This document shows, piece after piece, positions 12,601 to 23,417 of a stretch of DNA of 64,000 bases; within the stretch, counting starts at the first letter, position 1, and every line of letters begins with the position of its first letter. The notes under the pieces are model-generated. The model worked only from the letters and a program-made list of their open reading frames with translations. It was not told where the DNA came from and made no database searches. The stretch covers positions 4,078,421 to 4,142,420 of the forward strand of contig CAJINV010000001.1 in the NCBI GenBank assembly GCA_905178155.1, in the 5' to 3' direction. A program made the translations under genes and the position numbers. The DNA is from Amoebophrya sp. A120 (taxonomy: Eukaryota > Protista > Dinoflagellata).

Positions 12601-14267
12601 TCACCAGCTTCAAAGCGGAAGGACTCGACGATAAGGTAGATAAACAGTTCCACGAGAAACATTAGCCTACTCTACTTCCTGATGATGAAGATGTAGTACA
12701 GTTAGTACTTTTTTGTGGCGTTATTCTGGTGTTGCGTCGAAATGGCACATATATGTTGAAAAGCACTCTTGCTGAATGACTCGCAGTCGCAGAAAATTTA
12801 GTAGAAATTACTATGGTCATCTATGCTGATAAATGAATACAGGACCCGGCACAGTGGAGGTTGCTCGGCATACATCATAACTTGAAGGGCCTGGAGATTC
12901 TCGCTGAGGACTCCCTGCTGCGCGAGCAGGACTGCTTCCGAAAAGGAAACTCGCTCTATCACTGCCTTCGACTCGAGAAAATTGCGGTGCCAGAGAAAAC
13001 ACCAAGTACTTACAGTTGTTTCTACAAGACTTTTTTGGATGTAAGTAGCTTCTACTGGAGGCATTCTAACGACGAGGTTCGATGGTCGTCACAATTGTTC
13101 GTTTTCAGCATCATTACTCTGTTCTGTATCTTCGAAGTGGTGGACATCACAGAAAAATAAAAAAAACTTAATCTCTAGGCAAAACCAGCGACGCGGCCCC
13201 GGAGGGCACCACCTCCCCTGGTGGACAGCAAGAGCAGCCCGACGACGCAACTGCAGGCCCCTCGTTAATCTGCTGCTACCACGCCGAACGCTCCAACACC
13301 AGTATTCCCTTCGGGCACCCCTTTTTCCTGCCCGTTTTCCCTATCGAAAGGAAAGACTCCCCCTCCCCATATTGAGAAGGTATGTTCCCGAAAATTTGTG
13401 TTGCTGATTTGAGGTCACAAATCACATCTGTGTTGCAAGAAGACAAGGGCAGAAGCTGCCGCCCCATTATGGAAGGTGTTTGTGATGCTGTTTCGCCTAA
13501 AAGGGAGCTGTTTGCCATGCTAGACAACTAGACCCAGGCGCCTGTGCCTAGGCTTAGTATCTGGCCGCAATGCCTTGCTGCAATACAAAGCGCATTTGTG
13601 TACACAAATCCAGCATCAGAAATTCCGTTTTGATATGGGGAGGGGGGGTTTTTCATTTTGATATTCCCCGAGGATACCGTGCCCCTGATCAAGCAGCGGG
13701 TCCGGGAAAAGTTGCAGGTCCCGGTATCCTGTGTAAAAACATCCCCACCCCAGAGCTGTCATGCAGATCTGCAAGCAGAAGAGCATTTGTAATGCGCATC
13801 CCCATGATGGGCCTTTCCGATCGTGTTTTGGAACTTGTAATGCTCATGCTGTAAATCGGATAAGCAGATGGATTCGTAATGCGACTTCCATTGCTCATTT
13901 GCACTGCAATACAGCCAATTGAATTTGTTATGCGTGCCTCCCAAAACTTCAAGGTTTGTGTTGCAAAATCCCCATCTTGACTCTGTGGTAGGAACGTTTT
14001 TCCTTAGGATACCCCGAGCGCGAATTCAAGCACTGGCGGCTCGGCAAAGTTACGGACAGCCAAAACTCCATGTTCGACGCGGCGCAGCGAAATTTGCTGC
14101 GAGACGAAGACTCCAAGGAGGAACTTGCGCAGTTTCTGTTCTCCGCGAACACGCGGAACGCACGGAAAATCTGCCTCGAGCACGTACACCCACCCCCCAC
14201 CACCTTCGGCGCGGATCAGAAATCATTCCGAAACCAAAAACCCCGCGGCGCGCTGACGATCAAGTAG
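6601..14267 (+). CDS. USP7: Ubiquitin carboxyl-terminal hydrolase 7 (MATH + USP catalytic + C-terminal UBL region), ~1349 aa, 16 exons
   Basis: MATH motifs (YRVLVFPFG, DRGWHSFI), Cys box GLKNHGATCYLNCLLQ, QHDYQE, His box GHYYCF..WIRFDD, C-terminal FGHPFFLPV..ALTIK*. Exons: 6601-6812, 6998-7298, 7583-8038, 8173-8333, 8494-8919, 9152-9428, 9756-10071, 10332-10633, 10909-11059, 11262-11401, 11670-12021, 12313-12635, 12843-13005, 13179-13341, 13669-13724, 14017-14267 (sum 4050 nt). 12 ordinary GT-AG introns plus 3 TIR introns. Confidence 0.93.
9664..9689 (+). repeat. (GAA)n microsatellite in a USP7 intron
   Basis: About 8 tandem AAG/GAA units. Confidence 0.8.
12022..12307. mobile_element. TIR introner element (family B) in USP7
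   Basis: TATCATAAGGAAAAACGTCCCCACCCCAGA...TCTGGTGTGGGGACGTTTTTACTCAGGATA. TSD GAAGG at 12017-12021 and 12308-12312. Excision gives PQRK|EEDTNC. Can also be read as GT(12021)..AG(12311). Confidence 0.92.
13342..13663. mobile_element. TIR introner element (B-related) in USP7, non-canonical intron
   Basis: TATCGAAAGGAAAGACTCCCCCTCCCCATAT...ATATGGGGAGGGGGGGTTTTTCATTTTGATA. TSD TTCCC at 13337-13341 and 13664-13668. Excision gives LPVFP|EDTVPLIK. No GT-AG register is possible. Confidence 0.92.
13725..14011. mobile_element. TIR introner element (family B) in USP7
   Basis: TATCCTGTGTAAAAACATCCCCACCCCAGA...TCTGTGGTAGGAACGTTTTTCCTTAGGATA. TSD CCCGG/CCCCG (1 mismatch). Excision gives LQVP|EREFKHW. Clear sibling of 12022-12307. 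Confidence 0.9.
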
Positions 14268-16716
14268 CAGGAGTAAGTGCAGTGGTCTCGCAGCCACGGG
14301 CAGCACGGCGTAGAAGCAATTCCTGTGGTGCGACAGCGACGGAGAAACGGGCACAATAAGCCGCGAAGAGATCTACTGCTCTCGTCAGAGGTAAGAGCAG
14401 TGAGCTTCTACCTGCTGCTCTCCCAGTAGCTGCCGGCGGAAACAAGTATGTGAACAGAGACTTTGAATCTTCCACGTTTAAAGAAAAAGTTCGTCTGCTG
14501 TAGCTGTATAGATTGGCAAATATATAAGGCAAGTCAGTAGCTACTAGCCCTAGCTACTGTAGAAGCGCAAACTATGTTTGCTTTTTATCTGTTTTTTCGT
14601 TTTACGCAGTATGAGGCGATAGACAAGGTACTTTTAGTCTTCCTCATCTTCGTTTTTTTCCGAGTATCATAGTAACCGGGTCTTCACTCAGAGCGGAAAT
14701 GAAGATTCCACACAGTTTTATTCCGATAGCAATAGCAAACAAGCCATTGGTTTTTTTCAACATTGTTCAGAAACAGAATACAGCGTCAAGGTCAAAGTCG
14801 GAGCTTGTTCGGCTTCAAAACTACTCCGATTCAAATTTTGTCGAATAGAAGTTTCCGTTGTCAGTGTATACTGCAACCAGCCGCGATTATCTCACGCCCA
14901 TATCGCCTCATTTTATTCGCAGCGCACCGGCAGTCTTTCCCACGCAAATCATATCATATTAAAGTCTTCAACATAGCCCATTCCTTTTATGGCATGGTGA
15001 CCACCCGTAGTCATACCCACAGACCCCACGAGGCCCCCCCCTCCGGCAGCGCGACCAGCATCACACTGCTGATGCTCATTTACTGGCACCCGCTAGTGAC
15101 CATCATGTTTGGATTACATCAGCAGCTTTACTCTTCCGCCAGAGCACTTGGCTAGACGACTCACATGAAAAGTTGTGGCGCTACAAATCGTAGTGTCGAT
15201 TTCGATAAGTACAAACAAGAAGGATTCTAAGGAGAAGATGACCGCCTTCTTTTGGTGCGAAAAACCCACCCTGCTCTCACTTTCCTTTTACAGCCGCATT
15301 AACTACAACTGTAGCTACAGCTGCAACTCGTTTATGTTTATGTTTCTATCGTTTTTCTTTTTTGTCGTTGTTCGTAAATTCGTTGTTGGCGGTCACGATT
15401 CGTCAAGTCGTGACTCGTGTTAATATACGTGTATGTTGCTTTTGAAAATAAAGGACGCAGAGACTCCTCTTCGCAGTGTACTAACTTGATGGTAGATGGA
15501 TGTTTACCAGCTCATCTGAATGCTTTGCTAATGATCACGCAACACTAGGAATACGAATATGCAAAAGAAAGACAAGCATGATAATCGAGACGGCAAAGCT
15601 AGTTGCTATGCAGAGCACAGTCACAACGCAACCTCATGATCTGAGGCTGCGAAGCACCGTCTTCATCGTTTGTCTGGCCGCTCCAACCATGGGCATGATT
15701 GCCTACGCATAGGTGTCCAGGACGCCCGCGGTCTTTAGTGTCTCGATCTGTGGAGGCTTCCACAATGTCGAGCGGGCGGTCCTTCTAAAATAAAATCGAA
15801 AAAAGACTTCACCAGGAGAGGCCACGCGTGCGCGACTTTTTTTAATGTACGAAGATGTGTGTCTGTGTTTTATTTTTCTAGTATTTAACGGACGAAAGCA
15901 GCTGCGAGAGAAGACTTTGAGATGAGAAGCGAGAAGCTGGAGCGCTAAATTTTTTGTCGGTCGTTCGAAGTGTCTCAATGTTTTTTCGATTTGATGACGA
16001 GTGGTGGAGGGTACTTCTACATTGATACTCATACTTCTATTGTGATCGAAGGGATACTAGCAACTTAATCAGGTGGCATTGAAGTATTATCATACCTTTT
16101 CTGTTTTTTGTCTAAGCCTAAGGCGACTTCTACCCTATCACAGCGGCAAGCTAAGCACCCGCCTAAGCCTACCCCTCGCATTATACGATAAAAAGTCACT
16201 CAGACCTCGCAATTTACATTTTCGTAATTACTTCTCCATGTCCATGATGAATTAGAATGGAAATTTTCGTCGCAAGATTTGCATTTCCAGAAGTCTTCGT
16301 GGCTCCTACCCAAAGTCAAAGACCTGCCCAGCCATTAAACTACCCACCCCGACCTGTATTTTCTTTTAGAAATTGTAATTGATTACTTATGTAAACGTAG
16401 CATTATCCATGCATTGTCATCCGTAGACGCTTTTTTTTTTAGATACGCCAACAAGGAGCGAATTTCTCATCAGTACCCACGCAAGAGGGCACTGTGAAAT
16501 TCCTAAAAGTCGTAAAGATGTTGTGTTTTAGTCGAACCGAAGATCATACGAATGCGGTTTTTTGACAAATCTGCTATCACGAGCTAGATATTTCAACTTC
16601 AGCTTTTCGATTTCGTCCACCTCTTAGCCTTCTATCATATTGATCTACGAGTTTATTCCAGGGGAGCAGTTGCAGTTGCGCCGGAGCGCTAGTCCTCTTC
16701 ACGAGCTTCTGCTAAA

Positions 16717-19700
16717 ATGACTAAAAGAGCGGGAGACTCAGCGCAGGAAGCGGCATCGCCAACTACCGCCATCGAGATGGTTAAGTCGTCGCCAGCAGCA
16801 CCAGATAGCACAACGATGAAGAGAAGAAAGGAACAAAACCAGCCCTGGACGTGGGAGCACACGGGACTGCAACTGAAATTTCTCTTTGTCGGCTTCTCCG
16901 CGTACGTGCTCGCGACCGGCGGCATTGCCTGTGCGTTGCGATTTCTCTTCTCCGATCTAGGGAGGTTAAACGACGTCAGCCGCGCCGTGCAAACCGCCGC
17001 GACGGCTTCCGAAGGGGCGCAGCCGGCAGCGCCGGCCGACCCGACGACCAGCGGAGCATTTATTTTCGGAGGTGGTGAAGAAAATGCGTCGACGATCATC
17101 CCAAAAACCTACTCCTACACGTCCTACACCTCGCAAGTGGCGAACTTTCTGTCCGGCGGGTGGAGCGGCTACAACACAAACGTGGATGGTGCTGGCGCCC
17201 CACGACCCTCCCCCGGTGCCGATCTGGTTGTGCGAAACGAGGTATCTGGCGAACTCATTCCGTACGAAGATTTGAACACGACGGGACACATATTGATGCA
17301 GATCTTCGCGATCCCAGCAGCGCTGTTTTTTGTCGTTCTGTTCACCCTACCCTTCTTTCTCATCGCGGCGGCCCGGTCGGATCTGTACATCCGGGAGGAA
17401 GACTTTCGGTTTTTCCACGAGTCGCACATCTACCGGCCGTACGAGTCACCGTTTCTGGTCAACAGCATCCTGGCAGCCGCGGCGTCCGAAAACGTGAACA
17501 TAGTACAACCCCCAGCTAACCTTTCCGATCGCGATTTTCAAAATCACCGCTGGATCATCTTCATGAGCAAACTGCGGTACTACTTCCACCTCGTCGCCTT
17601 CCGAGTGTTGTCGATCGCGGTGGCCGGTTGCATGTTCATCAGCAGCGGGTTGCCGCTCGTTATCCACAGTAAATTTCCCGTACGCGTACAAAAACAAATG
17701 CGGTCTCTGCATGGCAAAACTTGGCTTCGGTCCTAGTTTAGCATGACAAGTTTCACACTCCAAATTGGGGAAATTTGTGATGCGTCTTGTACTTGGGGCC
17801 GGCGCGATGGATGATCATTTTGCTCCCTTTTTCTCTCGGATTTCTCCAACCTAAGAAATTTTTTTAGCCACCACGCACCGAGGCCGGGCCCGCCGAGCAG
17901 AATTGTCCAGGGTCTCGCCTGTGCGGCCCCAAAAAGAAGCGGCGTCGCACATGTTGGGCCGCTTGCGGTTGCGCCGGTGCTCTTGGGGGCCCGGCCGCCG
18001 CGCTGGGTTGTGGCATTGCGGGGGCCCTTGCGGAGGGGCAGTGGGGTGTTGGCGCGGTCGGTCCAGGCCGCGCAGGCGCCCACCTGGCGCGGGGGCCTGG
18101 CGCAAACTGGCCAGCCGAGGCCGGGAGCCGAAATGAAGCAGGAGGAAAGGGGGGCGCGGGTCCTTGCATGGGCCACACTGGGGAGGGGAGAGGTCGCGGC
18201 CAAGCTTGGTAGAGCGCGTGAAGCGCGGGCGTCCGTCCCATGCCAGGCAAGGAGCTCCGAAGCTGGGAGGAGACACAGAGCACAGGATCCATGCTCGGCC
18301 GGGGGCCTGCGGCCCGCAACCAGCGGGGCGCCCCCGCGAAGGCAGGGATCGGCGCGGCGCCTTCGCCATGTCCCGGGCGGGCTCATTTCGCGTCCAATAT
18401 CCCCGGTCCCCTTTCTGAATCCCGGCGCCCCAGTTTTCGCCGTCCTTCCGAAGTAGGGTCGCGCGAAAACTTATGATCATCATTTTCTTCAGATTTTCTC
18501 ATTATTTTCTCACCATTTTCTCATCATTTTGTCCAGCCGACAAAATGATGAGGTCGCTATAACCGTGTTCGTTAGCTCGTGGAACGGACAAAATAATGGG
18601 TGTGTGTTTGAGAAAATAATTAGAAAATCTGAAGAAAATAATTTGTAAGATTTTTCATAATTTTCTCCTGTTCTTTCCGAGGTCCCGGACAAGAAGTTCC
18701 GGGCGCCGGGAGAAAATCTGGAGAAAATTGTGACAAAATGATCGCCCAGAAAACGGCCCCCGCCGAATCGCCCCGCGCGGGTGTTTTGGTTGGGGCACAC
18801 AAGGTGCCCGGCGCACCGGCGCCATCCCGAGCGCCTTCCCTGCTTCGCGTCTGGGCTAGCTGGCTCTTCTGCCGGCGTGGCACTTCTACGGCCAAATAGC
18901 CTGCGTTCTTCGGTCGGCCCCACTTAAATTGAGAGGCAACCGCTAACAAAGAAACAACCAGGGGCCAAAATACACACGCACCGAGCGCCCGCGGGCCTCC
19001 GTTTGGGTGGCCCCGCCCCCTCCCCAGTCTCCCGGCCTCTTTTGCCTGCGCAACCCCAGCCCCCCGGTGCGTCCGGCTTGGCGACCGGCCGTCTGCCTAC
19101 GGCGCATCACGGCCCAACCCGCGGCGGCTTTATGTTTTAGAGATCAGGCCGGTGTGGCGACATGATCCCGGCAGGAGTTGGCGCGGCCCGCTGTTTTTGC
19201 CGGGCCGAATTTCCGTGCGAAGGCTTGGGGCCGCGCCTTCATCTAGCGGGCGCCGGGCGCTCTCGGGGTCCCGGGGTGGAAAAGTTTTTTTTTCAAAGAA
19301 AAACCGAAGAAATCCGGCAGCAATCTGGGTTGCGTCATTCATCAAACCACGCCGGCCCCAATTGTACATGTGCGGGAAAAAATTTGTATTGCATACTCGT
19401 GTTTGCGACCCTGCTGTTCCAGGTCATGGACGGGCTCGGGGCGGAGATGGTCTACGTCAGGGAAATCTCGTTGGAGTATTTGTTTCCGTTAGCGTGTGGC
19501 GGTGACGCTTGCAAAGGGATCTCGACGCAAGCACAGCTGGTAAAAAGAATGAACCTATGTAGTGCAGTTGTTGTTCTATCTTGCACACAGCCAGCGTGAC
19601 CTATTCGCTTTATTTTTTGTAGGTGTTCAGTTTCGATTTGGCATCACGATCAAGTTCAGAGCTCTTATTCTCCTTGAGGTGCAGCTTCTTGAGTCTTTTG

Positions 19701-22067
19701 TCTCATCTCCTCCCCTACAAAAACAGGTCGACGTCTTCGGCGCCTACGCGATGGTTGCGTTCCCGTACATCGGCGCCTCGATCGTGCTCGAGATCATTCT
19801 GCTGATGGTGGTGGTCCCCGAGCACAGACGTCCAAAGGACACGTACACGTTTGCGGATATCCACAGTAAATTTACCGTACACGTACAAATGCAGTCTCTG
19901 CATGACAAAACTTGGCTTCGATCCTAGTTTAGCATGACAATTTTTTACACTCCAAATTGGTGAAATTTGTGATGCATCTTGTACATCATGTACGGGAGAT
20001 TTGTATTGCATAGCGGACACGGTGCTGTCACTTCTGATGGGCCTGCTCTCCCTGCTCGTCTCCAAGATCGCCTTCGTCTCCTACGTCCCGATGTGCTACA
20101 CCTTTGTGTACGACGGGTTGCGCAACATGAGCGCTGCTCTAGATGGGCCATCAACTACGGAGATGGAGGACATCACTGCTGCTACTGGTAGCTCCTCAGC
20201 AGCATCAAACGGCGCAGGAGCCGACTCGACGTCGTTGCCCTCTTTACTCGGCTTCACAGAGCCGAATACCGTGTCCGGTTTCTGGCTCGCCCTTCTTTCC
20301 GCCGATCTGTGGTACTACCTGGTGCATCGCTGGTGCCACGTGAGCAGCTGGATGTGGACCGTGCACGCGGTGCACCACAGCACCGAAGAGTTCAATATCA
20401 CGGCCGGACCACGCGAGGGGTTCCTCTACTGGGTCACGCCCTACTTTCTCGCGGTGAACTTGCCTCTGGCGGTGTTTTTCCCGCCGCAGATCGCACTACC
20501 CGCGGTCGCCCTGGTGAGTATCTGGCCGATCACGCTGCACACCGTCACGTTTCCGGAAGCCAGTGCCGACAGCAAGCGCGGGTCGTCGTGGGAGAACCGG
20601 GCGGTGTATTGGCTCTCGCACGTGGTGAACAATCCGTCCCTGCACCGGATCCACCACGCAAGGAACCACGACCGGCTCGGGAAAAATTTCGGGAGCATTT
20701 TGGCCATTTGGGACATAATGTTCGGCACGTGGGAGCTCGAGAACGTGGTCGTGCTGTACAACGACGCGGACGAGAGGAGCTCTGCTGCTTCCGTGAAGGA
20801 CGAGCAGTTGAGGAAACAAGGAGAGGTAAAATCTGTTGAAGAACAGATGAAGAACCAGAACAACATTAACAACGACAAGGAACAGAAAATCGACGATGTC
20901 CTCGCTCAACTACAAACAAGTTCATCGAAAGAAGTTATCGACGCAACAACTACAACATCATCTCCGCTCGTCGCAGAAGCTACGACCTCCAGAAATGATG
21001 TGTACTACGGAATCATCCCGACGCTGCGCATCAGCGAGGGAGCGGGCGTGTGGTGGCAAAACTGGCAACCCTTCCACCACATGCTCTTCGTGCAGACCAA
21101 CAAACTGTATTCCCAGTCGCTCTGGCTCGCCCCCTGGGCGCACTGGACGCCAGGGCCGAAGTCCAGCTGTCCCGCGGTCGGGAAACTTCTGAATCCCAGC
21201 GACAAGGTCTTCGTCGAGATGAACAAAACGCCGGAAATCTTGACGTTTGACAACAATGAAACTTGTACTGCAAGCGACGTCTTGGATCCAATCATGTCTC
21301 CGACGAGCACGACGAGACAGCGACTTCGAGCGCCTCTTCTCGCCAACGGCAGCACGTCTCCAGCCGCGATTGGCTCGCCTGTGCGAAGAAGTGCTAGCAA
21401 GGATAGAAGTTGTAGCAACGTCGGCAGCCCAACATCCCGAGCAGTGGTCGATGATTTCAACATCTCTAGCAGGACCACCACGAGTAATCCCACGTCTAGC
21501 AACCTCGCGTTAATCACCGTGCTGCAGCGCCTGTTGAACCAGTCCACTTTGCAGAACCCGGTGTGTCTGGCCTGGGGTACGGTGTTGTACGTCACGCTAC
21601 ACGCGGGCGTTGTGCTCGCGTTCGGGATCTGGCTGCTGATGGTAAATTGGGACAAGCTCACCGTGAACTTCCAAGACGCTGCCTATCCCTTCTCCGACAC
21701 CGCGGTCGCCTGCGTCGTGTTTTTGCTGACCTTTTACCACTGCGAGAGCGTTTCCGCCGTGTTGGAGTCGGTCGTGGTGAAATCCGCGGAGAGGCACCGG
21801 AAACTGAAAAACAACGAAGTCTACAACGCGTTCTGGTCCGCGCACCCGGCGCGGTTGCGGTGCAACGAGGTTTTTCGAAATTCCTTACTGGTCTTAACCG
21901 CGGTCTATTGGGGCGGAATCGATGCGGGGATGGCGGTTCTGTACTGGGTGATCGCCCACGTTGGAGTTGCCGTGGCGGCCGCATTTCTGTCATCGCGTTT
22001 AGAGGAAGAACCGTTGCTGGCGTGGAAGGAAAATAGAGCGGGTGGAGCAGACGCACTCAGCCCGTAG
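16717..22067 (+). CDS. Fatty acid hydroxylase/sterol desaturase superfamily membrane protein (alkylglycerol monooxygenase-like)
   Basis: His boxes YYLVHRWCH, HAVHHS, HRIHH and KNFGSILAIWDIMFGT. Exons 16717-17660, 19401-19422, 19727-19857, 20018-22067. Boundaries of the middle GT-AG intron are uncertain. Confidence 0.82.
17661..19395. mobile_element. TIR introner element (family C) carrying a nested transposon
   Basis: Starts TATCCACAGTAAATTT, ends TTTGTATTGCATA. TSD CTCGT at 17656-17660 and 19396-19400. Excision gives LPLV|FATLLFQ. 17661-17792 plus 19368-19395 reconstitutes a copy similar to 19858-20012. Confidence 0.9.
17793..19361. mobile_element. Non-autonomous DNA transposon (1569 bp) nested in an introner
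   Basis: Perfect 12-bp TIR TTGGGGCCGGCG...CGCCGGCCCCAA. 6-bp TSD TTGTAC at 17787-17792 and 19362-19367. GC-rich interior with no recognisable transposase. Confidence 0.88.
19858..20012. mobile_element. TIR introner element (family C), non-canonical intron
   Basis: TATCCACAGTAAATTTACCGTACA...TGTACGGGAGATTTGTATTGCATA. TSD GCGGA at 19853-19857 and 20013-20017. Excision gives YTFA|DTVLSL. Confidence 0.92.
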
Positions 22068-23417
22068 GTGGTCTTCGTCGCCTATGATGCAAAAGAGTGA
22101 GGAGAAACATGGAGACTCAGCTGCAAGATGAAGATGAAGATGTAGGATGGGAAAAAGAGGCCGCATGATGATCGAAGTGTGAAGTTGTACTTAGTTATGA
22201 AGTCATCTCAATTTTTCCTGAATCTTAGATCTACTTTTACGTGATCGGATGGAAATCAACCGCAAGTCGTTTTCCGGACGCTCCTGCTATGGTGGGAACA
22301 TTTTATATAGGCTCGTTACTTACTAACTCTACACATGCATACGGTTAGTTACCACGGTCAGAGAGCAAGCCATCAAGAAAGCGTCTGTGTGGCCGCGCCT
22401 TTTCACTTTCTGAGTTGGTGAATCCTCCTTATTTTTGATGAACAAGCTGAAAGCAATCCACAACGTCAACGTCGAAGGCGATCCCTTGACCATGCCGTTT
22501 CTGTTTCAGTTGTTTCTTTTTCGTGGTCCTCGAAGTAAATTATCATCCCAACTGTAGCTGATGTTGTCAGGGATAGTGAAATAAAGAAACTTCAAACCTC
22601 GCTTTATTCAAATCATGTCTGGTTTTGGAGTTCTTTCGAACTATAGGCATGGGGAAAAAGGATCGACATCATGACGGGCTTTTTACAAAAAGAAAGAGAA
22701 CTTGCCATCTTGCCTAATCAGAACAACAAAGGGAGACGCTTTGCTGCAGCTTCTGGAAATGGTATAACGATAGCAAGATTAGAACTTCCCGACAAAAATG
22801 CGTATCTGTTTCAGAGAATCATACATACGAGAACTATTGTTGAATGGGAGAGATAGACACTGAAACGTACACGTAGTCACGCAAAAATATATCGCACGAA
22901 ATAAGCTATGGCACCATGCATTGTTCCGCAAAAGAAAAAGTTTTCGGTCACGCCTGTGCGCCAGTTGCGTTTCTCCGTGTTGAGAGAGCATTTACAGAAA
23001 TAATTTGACTTGTTCGCAATTAGCTTCAATATATCTGCCATGAGTGGTGCGAGCCAACCGTTACCATCTGAGAGGGCGGGTCGCGAGCGATGAAGAATAG
23101 CAATAGGGCCGCGTCGTGTCGTGGTCCTTGCCGTGTGTGTGTGCCAGAAGACAAGTTCGACATAGAATTTCTCTACCGATCCAGTGCAGCTGGATAGATA
23201 TTGATCATGATAGTGATACTTGATGATGTCGTCGATACCCGAGGACACCTCCTGCTTGAGATACTACTTCTACTTGGATCCCTGAAGTTAGCACCCGACT
23301 CCAGAGGGCCGCGAGGCGACATCCCTGCTTAGTGAACCCCAAGCCTCCCACATTGACTATTAATTTCCTCCGCGACTGTGTGGCCGCTGCCTTTCAGGCA
23401 GCGGAGGTGGAAAGCCG

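Noticed and set aside
13041-13178. GTAAGT donor at 13041 for USP7 intron 13
   Set aside because: Gives the wrong phase and a stop. The GT at 13006 preserves FGHPFFLPV.
17733-18483. Overlapping GC-rich ORFs of 150-217 aa on both strands
   Set aside because: They lie inside the nested non-autonomous element, are Arg/Pro/Gly-rich in all frames and show no transposase motif. They are explained by stop-codon scarcity.
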